Assembly: GCA_012295275.1 (NCBI GenBank)
Contig: CM022669.1
Location: 17,670,001 to 17,734,000, forward strand
Direction of reading: 5' to 3'
From: Chrysomallon squamiferum
Taxonomy: Eukaryota > Animalia > Mollusca
DNA length: 64,000 nucleotides
Numbering within the stretch: the first letter of the stretch is position 1; each line of letters starts with the position of its first letter. Below, one piece after another: positions 40,701-51,339 of the stretch. A program made the translations under genes and the position numbers. Below the pieces are notes generated by a model. The model ran no database searches. It was not told where the DNA came from and worked only from the letters and a program-made list of their open reading frames with translations.

Positions 40701-43700
40701 ACAGAATTAAATATTTTAATTAACAGCATTTGATTCCTTTAAAAAAAATTTAAAGTAAATATTTATGGAATAGTGTTCTGAAAACTGAAAGGCACAAAAC
40801 AGAGATACCTTGTTAGAGTGGTTCAACGGTGATTCTGTTTCATTTCTTGGAGGTGTTGTGTAAGCTGATTTCTGAAACACATTTCTCGGTGAGGCCTGAT
40901 CCAAATTCAGTTGCTGCTGCTTGCTTCCTGGTGGTGACGATATCATAGATGACGTAATCATGGATTCCGGTGACTTGCTTGGTGTCTGCTGTCCTATGTG
41001 ATTACTCATACCTGAAGACTGAGTGCTGTTTAATAAAAGGAGATAAAAACACTAATGAGCTGGTGATAAATATATTAACAGATGTGTCAGTATTGCTTCT
41101 CTGATTCTCTTACCACCATGTTAATTGTAAAAACAATCTGTACTAATAAAGTCTGAATAATGACATCCAGTAATATCAACCTGTGATTACTCTTTTTAAT
41201 TAGTAACACTGTCTTTAGTTGGAATGAGTTATACTCTATTGCGAAGGGAAAAAAGACTGCTTGTATCTCAGACTTATGATTACTGTAATTAAAAGTAAAA
41301 CAAGAAAGTATATTTTTAGGAGTGTTACAGATACCAAAACAAGACTAACCTGCTCGGGACCGAATTTGAATAGCTGTTCTGCGGAATAGAATCTGATGTT
41401 CCAAAACTGAAAGATGGAGATTCTGTACCAAAATCTACTCCGAACTGGACATCCAACTGTGGCATACTGTGGCCTGGCATTTCAACTGCTGAAGCTGGAA
41501 TCTGTGATAAGAAAAACAAAAATATTTTCAACATTCATGTAAGAATATCAGAAGTAAAAACTCAAGACAAATATCTGAGTATACCAAGTATAAAGGTATT
41601 AGAGCTGAAAAATATTTGTGACGTTGGATAAATATACATTTAATGAATAAAGGCTACATTACTTTTACTATCTGAATTAGTGTCCAGTAATCACAGAAAA
41701 AAATTATGAGATATTTTATTATAAATATTTTATTTGTTAAAGATATTTACATTTACCATACAAGTACATAATTTTTTTTGTATCTAATATAAACATAAGT
41801 AACTCTTTTAAAAAAATATATATATTTTCTTACCTTTGAGGGTGGTGGAAGTTTACTCCTTTGTGATTTAGGCCTCTGCTGAAGATGTCCCTGTGACATC
41901 AAGTGCTGCGTGGATAGTCCCTGTGATTGCATTGTTGGCGACGTCAAACTCTGAGCAGACAAACCCTGCGATGTCAAGCCTTGAGAAGAGAGGCTCTGTG
42001 ACAAGGCTTGAGAAGACAGGTTTTGCAGAGGAAGGCCATGTGACGACAGGACTTCCGAGGTCAGGCCCTGTGTGGACATTCCCTGCGAAAAACTCTGCGC
42101 TGTCATCCTGGAACCCTGAGGCAAGTTTTGAGAAAACGAGTTCAGGGCATTAGCTGAGGTTTGGTTTGAAAGATTTCCAAGATTGGATCGCTGCGAACTG
42201 CCAATCTGAAAGGACAGATTAGAAATTTTAATAATTTTAATAAATGTGTACATATTTGTCAGTGTAGGCAGATAATCTGACAAAGACTAACAAATTAAGA
42301 TAAAAATAAATTTGCAGATGTTAATTTCAGTGAACTTGCTAATCTACAGTTTAACATAAACCTAAAATAAAAACAAGTAACAAAATATATTAATACAAAG
42401 GACTTTACTTTTTTCTTTTTTTTTTCTGTATACTAATTTGTTATTGACAAATAAAAATTCTTCCAATATAATTTCAAACTAAGCATCATCTATCATAGCA
42501 CACCAGTTACTGAAATAACTAAAGTTAATTAGCAAAATACTACATAACTAAAGAAACATCAACAAAACCCACTGATAAACAATAAAATAAATTATATATT
42601 TAGCAAAAAGTTTCAAGGGAAATAACTCTATAAATTCTAAAACTGACACTCCATAAAACAGAAAAAAGAAATGACTTCCATACTGAAAAAGCATATTAAT
42701 ATTAGAATTTCCCCAATCAAAAAGTCACCAAAACTAAGCTAATAAGTTGAGTATTAAAAAAAAAAGGTTGACTTCTAACACCTAACATACCCCGATGGTA
42801 TTTTTAATGGATTCTGTTGCCTGTTGATTGTACTGTGCAATGAAAGAATCTGTCGATGCTGACTCAGAACTTTTGGGAAGTATTCTGTTAATATCCAGTC
42901 TGAAAACATACAAATTATTAACATGTGCATTTACATTTCTTTTACATTTACAATCACTCACATAAAAAATATATAAAATATTTATTTTTTTATTTATTAT
43001 GAATGTCTCTGTATATTATTATTTAAAAAAGAATAAATTATTCTAAAGGAAATATATAGATTTATTAGTTAAATTGTTACATTTTCAATCAAGCTATTTG
43101 TTTATACAGAAATTTAAAAAAGAAACTCAAATAATACAGTTTATTACACATCCTACAAAACATTGATAGCCGACATATTTTCTTTAAGATAGTTCCAAGA
43201 AATGTGTCTTTGAGCAGCACAGAGGATTGATTAGGACAGTTTTAAGTTTAAATATATTAATAGGACATACCTCTGACCAAGCGCAGATGTCTGCCCCAAA
43301 GAACCTGACTGTCCCAAAAGGTCATTAGTCATTGTTAGAGTTGAGATGGTTTCTTGTTCTTGTGCCTTGATCGACGAAGCTGTAAACACTTTGGTCTCAG
43401 AAAGCTGGGAAATAAATATGTGTATCTTTGTTAATAATAAAGAAATATTAAATTTTGATTTATAATATACAGAAAAATATTTAAGAAAAAAAAAAAAACC
43501 AAAACCCAGGAAACTAAATAATCACTGCATTATTGGCCATACCTTGTGTATTGCTTTTTCCCTTCACATTTCTATTTAAAAAATGACACCATAAGAAAAG
43601 AGTCTATAAACATACTTTCTCAAAATCTGTAAAATTAACTTGGAAATGTTACAAAAGGTTAGCTGTTTATTTGCATGAGTAAAAGGTAGAAAAGTGAAGA

Positions 43701-46700
43701 AATATTTTCAGATACCTACCTCTCCTTGCCAACTGTCATCATTCCAGTCTTCTGAAGCTGTCCATGTCTCACCAAATCCTGTTAATATTACAATTTCTTT
43801 AATTTCCTATCCAATTCATAACTTGTAGGACATGACATTTTCAATCATTAATAAACATTTATTACTTAATTTTTAAACAAAGACGTATACCTTTAATTAC
43901 TTCATTTGATGCATATTTAAATTATTAATTACAAAAATTGTTCAAGGTATAGAAAACATGCACCAATGGGTTTTTTTAGACCCTATCAGACTCTATACTC
44001 TAGTAAAGAAGAAACAACTGGATGAAAACATAAGTAAGTATGATTTATATACCGTCTGGTTCCTTATCTGCAATAGCTGCCGTTTCATTGGTCCAGGTGT
44101 CAATATGCGGACCTTTATCAAATCTCTGAGCATTACGACCAAAGCCGCCTCCACCACTTGGTGGGCCCCCAGATCCACCACCGCTGCAATAAACCAGGTC
44201 AGGGTTAATACATACATATTTATTAGTATAATATTAAGGCATTAATAACCAATCAAAATGCAATCCACATTTGGCAACAACCAGTAAGTTTATTATAAAA
44301 TTTTTGATTTATGTAAATTGAAGAAGTTCCTTTTTACATGCATGCTTAAATGCCAAAACATGTTATCAAATTTATAAATTTGTATTATTAACATTTAAAT
44401 TCAGTTTTACAAATAAATGAAAAAACAAAGGCACAGTTTGAAGGTTTCAGAAGAAAAAAGAAGAAAGAAAGATAAAAAAGAGACAACATTTCACTATTCC
44501 AATAACTTGAATAAGATCTAAAACAAATGCATCAATAGTCAGCTTGGTAAACTACTTTAACTCCTGTGAGACAGATATCATAATTTGTTTATACTGGTAA
44601 CCCAATTTGGGTTATGAAAGCATAGCAACCTGATCTACATGTAAACAAATAATTATTTAGGATTTAAGCCAGACTGGTAACATTTATTTTTTTCAAGAAC
44701 AAGACAGAGTTCAACTGATCTCAATTTTCATACCGTATAATAAACAGGATGATGATAGTTGAAGATACGTAACAAATATATAATTTTAAAATGCCAATAA
44801 AAAAATTAAAATAATAATTAAAAATGACATTATCAGTTACTTAATTTTTTTTTTAAAATAACAAAACCTAACTAAAATGTAAATCCTTCAAAGAATTATT
44901 ATTTTTTATTTGTAACAAAAATAAAAAAAACAGTTTAACAATGATTTTTTCTTAAGTAATTAAAAATATATTAACATATTATGGAACTATATATTTTTCC
45001 AGATTTACAAAAAAAAAGTTTTAATTTATTTTTTAATGATATATAAAACTTTTTATTTACACCTATAAAAATAAATCATTTAAATTGATGTAGTCCGATC
45101 TTTTATTTAGCAGTATGTATTTACTTAAAATGAAAGGAGATTTTTCAGTATAAAAAGGCATCCACTTTTTATCAGAAACAAAATTTGGGATCCATTATTT
45201 TCACACATATTCTTTTGTGAGTTCACTGAAGTTTAATTAAGCAAAACAAATTAACGTAACAAACAGCAAAGAAATGGGGATAGTTTAAAATAGCAATGAA
45301 AATGAAAACATTTTTCAGATTAGATCAAGTCCAGATCACTTACCGTCCTCTTCCTCTAGCCCCAAATTTACCTGAAAAGAAAACAAAAGAATTGAAATTA
45401 TTTTACTCTTTTATGGAAAGCATGTACAATTTTATTTATGACAGCACTGCTACGTGAGTTAAATTTCTGAAACAGATCTATTCTTGGCCACAAGCATGAA
45501 ATGGAGTATTACTTTTCCCTACACTAAATAAAATAAAATAAAATAAAATAAAATAAAATAAAATAAAATAAAATAAAATAAAATAAAATAAAATAAAATA
45601 AAATAAAATAAAATAAAATACAAAAATTAAATACAAAAAAAAATAAGAGAGAAAAAAAAAATGTGTATAAATCTACACACAGACACACATTTTAAAATTA
45701 TAATTAGCATCAATTCAATGTGAGATTAAATAAAATAGCATATAAAACGATCCTTAACAGACAGGTGACAGGTTTAGGTAAAAAAAATTATACAAAATGA
45801 CATTATGTATGTATATAATTCAGCTTATGAAGATACCAATAGTTGAGTCTCAAAGCTTTTCTTCAAGGGGAAAAAAAAAAGAATTTTACACAAAGATGAA
45901 ATATCCTACTGATTATTAGCCAAAAATGAACGGTGAACTTTGACATAATTCATTAATGACAATTTTTAAGATTATCTTAATTATTTAAACACGAGCACAT
46001 TAACTAGTCCGTATACAAACAGAAACAATCTGTAATAGGTACTTCTTATTCTTATCTTTGAATTTAATCACAATAATTCTTTTTGAAAAAAATGACTAAA
46101 ATTCATAGAGTAACAGTATAGTAGAGATTATTATAATTTAATAATGAAATGTACATGAAAATAATTATTTAGCATTCAACTAATACACCCTTATTGTCCA
46201 TGGTATTTATTTTAAATTGTGGCTTGGCTTGTATTTTTTGAAAAATTGGTTTTATTTGATTTACAATAAATTAACATTAGCTGAATATTTATATCACTAA
46301 CATGTCTGGTTTCTGATGATTTTTCACTATTGTGTCGTAATAAAATGTAATGAGATGAAAATGTGTCCAGTGGAAAAAAAAACATCTACTGTAATTTGCC
46401 TTTTAAACTTAAAGGCCTATGAAGAACCTCAATGAATAGATACCATAATTATATTTTCATCTTATTAAATAAACTGAGAAATAAACTGCCATTATTTGAA
46501 TTTAGGAATAACTGATTATATAAAATTAAGCTACTTTCTAATGTGTTGGACTAGTCTTAAAATGAACAAAACAAATGGTTTCTACTGTTTCATAGAATGC
46601 TGTCAAAATCTTACCAGATGAGGTTCATAAACTAGCAAAACAACAAGAACCAAAGAAACAAATATCTTAGTAATATTAAATTAATGGTATTAAATTGCTT

Positions 46701-49463
46701 AGAACCATAGTCTTTTGTTTTCAATTCCTCATATAATTTGAATTTTACCATCAGTAGCTTATTACCAGAATTGTTACATTTTGATCTTTGAAATAACTGA
46801 AATTTAAAGCCATTAATGTGATAAAATATCAGGAAGTCTCATAGGTCTTCCTGTATGTTAAACAGCTAATAATACTTCTGATCTAATAATTACAAATGAT
46901 ACATCATACTTTTCTTTCTTTTAACCCCTCTTCAATTTACAACTTAAACACAATGATCTAAGTCCAGACATATGTCAAAATAGGAACTTAATATGAAATA
47001 AAAAATTTAGGCACACAAACCTCGTCCTCGTCCCCTTCCTCTTTCACCACTTCTTTCTCTACCACCAAATCCATTCTCCCTTTCTCGAAAGGTATCCCAT
47101 TTCTGATCACCAAAACCTCCATCTTCCCTGTCATTCTCTCTAATTCCTCCATTCTCAACATTTTCATTTCGATCACCAAAGACATTGTTTCTGTCTCTGC
47201 CTCTGCCCCGAGCAAGTCTTGGTGGAGGACCTCCATTCCTCCTTCCCCTCCGCGGGGGATGCTCATTGCGGTCATGTTTCTCAGACCGATCTGATGAGTC
47301 TACATCACGACTGTGTTCTCGTTTGTTATCTGTTCTATCTGACACATGATTCGATGTAGAATCTGACTTTGAAACTGATGCACTTGGATTTGGTTTCTTT
47401 TTCTTTTTGCCTTGCTCTTTCCACTCCCCCTAATAAAATACGAAAATTAAGATGTATTTTTAATAAAATACAGTTTACAATACTGATAAACTGATTACAT
47501 TAAAGCAATAATTCAATAACAATCATTTTAAAATCTATATATTTCTATCTATATGAACACAAACACATATGCATCTTCAACATTTATTTTCACCTTTATA
47601 AATTAAAATTTCTAACAAAAATGAAAGGAAGATTATTATTATATTGTTATGAAAGTTTTAATGTATCTAATAAAAAATGTAAATAACAGCATACCTGTTC
47701 ATCTTGACCTTCTAACAACTTCAGTGCTGCAAGTTCTATGTCATGATTACAGTCATGTAGTGCCAAAGCAACTGTATCTTCGTCCTTCCCTGTCATTTCC
47801 ATCAACTGCAATCATACATATTTACAATAATGAAAATAGACTATTGAATGAAACTGATTATTACATCCCTGAGATGTGTTTGAGAAGTGGTAGTTTTCTG
47901 TTTATAAAAGTCAGTAGTCCGGCAGTACAAAATCTGAAATTTGGGTCAATTTGACAATTTTGAACATGTCAACTTTTAGGTACCATACCACAGTTTCATT
48001 AAAAATGTCATTTTTTTAGAAGTAAAAATGCATCTACTAAATAATAAATAATGAGGTCTAAAAATGTTTCTCTTCTTATTTTTGCATTTTTATCATTTTC
48101 CATTTTTCAGTCTGCATGTGACACTTAAATCAAAATTATAATGAAATTTGGCACATTTTTACAACAGAGAGGTATGGTGACATTTATAAAGATTATTTGC
48201 TTAAAACAATTTACATTGTGTCAGCAACAACAACAAAAACAAAAAAATCCAAAAGAAAAAATATCTCTATTGGATTGTCATTTCCTCCTGCAAAAAAACT
48301 CCTTCTGTGATGTATTTTGTAGCTGAAAAATCAGTTTTTAAAAACCTAATATTTCCAGTTGTTTATACTGCTTTCCATGGCAACAACAAGTGATAAACTT
48401 GAACAGAAAGCATTTTTGCTTTTACTTTTTCATATTATTATTATTTGCTATCCATTAAATCTGTTTACTGTAGCTTTTCCTAAATTTAAAATTTACTCCT
48501 GGACATTGCCTTAAATGTTGTTTTTGTTTTCATTATAATAATTTTGATTCAGTTGTAAAGTCATTATACAAAAAGTTATTTATACAGAAAGTCAGACCAG
48601 TTTGTCCCAGGAATGACACAATTCATTTGTATTCTGATTATTATTCTGAATTTTTTTCACTGCCACAAACAACAAAAATAGCAAAAATTTAAAAAGGCAC
48701 TGATAATTTATGTGAGTAAGAAAACAGAATAAGCCTTTCATATTTTATTATTATGAAAATTATCCACTCAGCCCAATATAAATAAACCATTCATAAATTT
48801 AGGGGAAAAAAAATAAAAACAATAAATAGACTAATTCAATTTTTTTATTATATTAACAAAATTTATCACAAGAGAAAAAAAAAACTAATTTAACTGCAAT
48901 TTTATGTTGGTTTGTTAGATTAACTTACCTGCTGTCTAGATGCCAAATCTGAATCATCTTCTCCAGATGTGATCTGGGCAATTCTTAACTGCTCTGCTGT
49001 GGGCTGGAAATAAAGAATAAAATACTTTATAAGATACAGAAGTATCTTCAGTAATAAAATATTTGCAACAGGAAGCTTTTTATTCTGGCTGAAGCTAGTG
49101 AGATATCTTACACCATCATCATCTACTATTACATTACACTTTATTCACACAAATTTTTTTTATTTTTTTTTATATATCAATAAAAAAAAAAACGTTTAGT
49201 GGCAATATATCGGACTAGTTCTTAAAGAAATACTCAAATGACAGTTTTAATTTTCAATTTTTAACAAATTAAAGCTAAATACCTCAGATCTCACTTATGA
49301 GTGTAAAATATACTTTTTCAAAGAATTAGAATAACTCTGCTGAATTTACCTTAACTTTTGCTGCTGGTCCATCTGTCTTGGTCTGTGAATGCTGTGCTGT
49401 AATTTTACTCTTATCCCTACTGGTCCTACTGGTAGCACGCGAAGTGCTAACGGCCGCACTCAT
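31888..49463 (-). CDS. UBAP2L: Ubiquitin-associated protein 2-like / Lingerer (UBA, RGG, DUF3697, low-complexity C-terminus), 24 coding exons, ~1329 aa
   Basis: All introns GT-AG with consistent phase, total 3990 nt. Motifs PTAEQLRIAQ, UBA LMEMTGKDEDTVALALHDCNHDIELAALKLLEG, WKEQGKKKK, RGRGRGRG, EDWNDD..LSETKVFTAS, KLPPPSKIPASAVEMPG..LDVQFG..FG, KAPPNLPPGVP, YSYED, FDKQAFHAGTPPPF and HQPHSQM.HH.LQQD are characteristic of UBAP2/UBAP2L/Lig. Confidence 0.95.
32398..32565 (-). CDS. UBAP2L: UBAP2L coding exon 23
   Basis: PFDKQAFHAGTPPPFNLP...HQPHSQMIHHALQQ. Confidence 0.92.
32920..32972 (-). CDS. UBAP2L: UBAP2L coding exon 22
   Basis: SATTADLAGTYGKSHAQ. Confidence 0.85.
33116..33202 (-). CDS. UBAP2L: UBAP2L coding exon 21
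   Basis: GYEDLTQTPDFSKSPYGISGSQSKASAGS. Confidence 0.88.
33323..33552. repeat. Tandem duplication (~130 bp) in UBAP2L intron 20
   Basis: tttctacaattatttgat...attaattcattttgc...agattaaat at 33323 and 33455. Confidence 0.8.
33638..33731 (-). CDS. UBAP2L: UBAP2L coding exon 20
   Basis: MPPVTNAPHGGTTATTQFQKTYPSHGYNTAK. Confidence 0.88.
34143..34324 (-). CDS. UBAP2L: UBAP2L coding exon 19
   Basis: GTTDSSKLNRVEAQSP...HYGYYYPSMLPG...QYPQMFP. Confidence 0.85.
34791..34881 (-). CDS. UBAP2L: UBAP2L coding exon 18
   Basis: ASSYYDMTAFPVPSTIAGRDQATLASVPYS. Confidence 0.88.
35120..35185 (-). CDS. UBAP2L: UBAP2L coding exon 17
   Basis: NLQQPLYSYEDMLLQQQRMPPL. Confidence 0.87.
35548..35636 (-). CDS. UBAP2L: UBAP2L coding exon 16 (alternative in-frame donor at 35533)
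   Basis: KAPPNLPPGVPVIGTHQYIMNQGSMPPFY. Confidence 0.85.
36066..36210 (-). CDS. UBAP2L: UBAP2L coding exon 15
   Basis: FDHSTSSSTSTSLTTTTAT...SSLPTT. Confidence 0.87.
37035..38852 (-). mobile_element. Non-autonomous Sola2-like DNA transposon (internal deletion derivative) in UBAP2L intron 14
   Basis: ~260-bp imperfect TIRs (37035-37294 / 38582-38852), termini GGGTCATTCC...GGAATGACCC, 4-bp TSD CATA (37031-37034, 38853-38856). A decayed minus-strand frame at ~37285-37475, KEKFKKSESYPECVQILTLSPFTIERTMN*FKTTNYLMNKS...ILSLCDKKQGKSL, resembles Sola2 transposase as recalled. Confidence 0.8.
39197..40107 (-). CDS. UBAP2L: UBAP2L coding exon 14 (S/Q/Y-rich low complexity)
   Basis: Lies within the 308-aa ORF 39182..40108, bounded by ttttcag and CAG|gtacac. 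Confidence 0.9.
40479..40575 (-). CDS. UBAP2L: UBAP2L coding exon 13
   Basis: LAQADPIPFPPSQSDRKSSPLVGPQTGAALSQ. Confidence 0.85.
40809..41025 (-). CDS. UBAP2L: UBAP2L coding exon 12
   Basis: TQSSGMSNHIGQQTPSKSP...SPLNHSNK. Confidence 0.85.
41350..41501 (-). CDS. UBAP2L: UBAP2L coding exon 11 (DUF3697 core)
   Basis: IPASAVEMPGHSMPQLDVQFGVDFGTESPSFSFG. Confidence 0.93.
41834..42205 (-). CDS. UBAP2L: UBAP2L coding exon 10
   Basis: IGSSQRSNL...SQGL repeats...RSKLPPPSK. Confidence 0.9.
42791..42899 (-). CDS. UBAP2L: UBAP2L coding exon 9
   Basis: LDINRILPKSSESASTDSFIAQYNQQATESIKNTIG. Confidence 0.88.
43271..43404 (-). CDS. UBAP2L: UBAP2L coding exon 8
   Basis: LSETKVFTASSIKAQEQ...GQTSALGQR. 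Confidence 0.9.
43720..43778 (-). CDS. UBAP2L: UBAP2L coding exon 7
   Basis: GFGETWTASEDWNDDSWQGE. Confidence 0.88.
44053..44183 (-). CDS. UBAP2L: UBAP2L coding exon 6
   Basis: GGGSGGPPSGGGGFGRNAQRFDKGPHIDTWTNETAAIADKEPD. Confidence 0.88.
45344..45371 (-). CDS. UBAP2L: UBAP2L coding exon 5 (28-nt microexon)
   Basis: ttttcag|GTAAATTTGGGGCTAGAGGAAGAGGACG|gtaagt = GKFGARGRGR; required to convert phase 1 to phase 2. Confidence 0.88.
45527..45620. repeat. (AAAAT)n microsatellite
   Basis: Direct reading. Confidence 0.95.
47021..47429 (-). CDS. UBAP2L: UBAP2L coding exon 4 (basic/RGG region)
   Basis: GEWKEQGKKKKK...RGRRNGGPPPRLARGRGR...ERGRGRGR. Confidence 0.9.
47695..47805 (-). CDS. UBAP2L: UBAP2L coding exon 3 (UBA domain)
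   Basis: LMEMTGKDEDTVALALHDCNHDIELAALKLLEGQDEQ. Confidence 0.93.
47870..48514. mobile_element. Degenerate DNA-transposon/MITE-like remnant in UBAP2L intron 3
   Basis: Motifs typical of invertebrate MITEs (atgaaatttggcac, ttccatggcaac) and an end ..gccTTAA; no matching left end found. Confidence 0.3.
48929..49003 (-). CDS. UBAP2L: UBAP2L coding exon 2
   Basis: PTAEQLRIAQITSGEDDSDLASRQQ. Confidence 0.92.
49350..49463 (-). CDS. UBAP2L: UBAP2L coding exon 1 (ATG at 49463; exon starts 49509)
   Basis: MSAAVSTSRATSRTSRDK...AAKVK|gtaaat. Confidence 0.85.
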
Positions 49464-51339
49464 TTTATTTATGTATACAGTATGTACAGTTTTTATGTAC
49501 AAAGGAAAACTGAAAATATAAAAATATAATAATAAATAAACTAAGTTGATTATTTCAGGAAAAGATAATACACCAAACACCATGACAACAACAAACACCA
49601 AACTGTATGTGTAATTTAAAGCCACTGTATATGCCATTTTGTTTATGTTAAAAAATAAAATTAATACATTTATACTTAAATAACAGAATATAAACTAGAT
49701 AAAGATTAACAGTTGCTGTTTCCTATTTTGCTATGTGAACTGAGCTGAAAAATTACTTTTTGCAAAAATATTTATTTGAAAAAGGAACAGACAATTTTAC
49801 AAATTTCAAAAAATGTAAAATACAGGCCAAAAAAAAAAAAAGTGCCAGTAAACATTAACTGTAAAAATAAGAAAAAACGATTCTTTCTTTTACCTACAAG
49901 TATTTTTTAAACATATTTATAAATTTATATACCAAAAAAGGGGTATCGGTACTTGTTCCAGAAATAAACTGCGTTAATGTTGTCCATTAAAAAATACTTA
50001 TCTTCCTCTGACATATTTACAAAATATAATAGCATAACTATAATGCTCATCTTAATAGATAAAAGATCTTTCACACTGTTTCTCAAATAATTCATGAAAC
50101 TTTCTACCAAGATCCATTTCATAATAAAATTATAAACCTGTATAAAAATATGATGAATACACTGAACACCAGTACAGCAATAATAGCAGTACATATGCAA
50201 ATGTTAAAATTTTGCAGATTGTAAAATTCTGAAGAAATATATAATTTTTGTTAAAGAAAAAGATAAACATATGACTTTGCTTTTACAGCTAAAATGCTGG
50301 TTTCTGAAATTCATATTTTTCTAATGAAAATACAACACAGGTATGAAAAAAGTCAAATAATCCTGAAGAGAAATTAATTTTTTAAGATACATTTCAATTT
50401 AAAAAACAAAAAATAAGAAAAAAATAATGTCAATTAATATAAATAATGAACATAAAAATGGATTTCGTGGCATACCACTAAAGATATTTAGTGAATTTTC
50501 GTGATTAGATCTTCCAGTATTTGACTTAAGCAATGTTAGTAAATAAATATTTCTTTCTTAACATGGAAAGAATGCTACTTTTATTTTCTTTTTATCATGC
50601 TTTTTAATGAAAGTATGACACAACAAATTTATGTGAATATAGCTGAAGATTGTTCAGACACTGAAAATATGTTCTATTATTTTGAAAACGTATGTAAAAA
50701 TTTGAACATTCAATAATAATGTTAACAAATGATTCTTAAAAACTAAATTATACAGAAAGATGGTTTATTGTTATCTGTGTTATATCTGCCAAGATGATGA
50801 TTTCTCAGATATACTTGAGTTAATTCTATATAATGAAATAATAATTCAAGTTTAATTTATCTCCATAAATATGCACATTTAAAATACTTTCTGTAAAAGA
50901 TTTTTTTTACATATATACTATCCCATTATTCTTTGTTATGTGGTACACTGAAAATAAATTATTTGAGAATTAAACAATATATGAATTAAATTATCATGCA
51001 TGATTTCATTATTGCTTGGTATAATACAGTTTAATATATTAATTTCATAGAAATAGCATACATTATAGCTTTCAATAACAAGACAATGTTTAAGATTAAT
51101 ATATTATAAATTATTACTAAACAGGTGCTCTGAATGGGGTTATTATGCTCTAATTTTAAGCAAATTAAGGAAGCATCAAGATTATTATTACACTATTAAC
51201 AGATCTCTCAACAGAATCTGAGTCTAATTTGCTCGATTAAAGGCCTGTTTAGAACTTCAGAAATATCACATTTATGAAAACAACCTCAAGAAAGTTGTTA
51301 TCTCGAACTACTGATGTTGATATATAAAATCACGCACAA

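Noticed and set aside
41070-41225. Possible H/ACA snoRNA (two weak hairpins, ANANNA, ACA on minus) in UBAP2L intron 11
   Set aside because: Stems are short and AT-rich; cannot be distinguished from chance without an Infernal search
44535-44585. ATGATA...CTGA C/D-like pair on minus
   Set aside because: Box C imperfect and the element is too short
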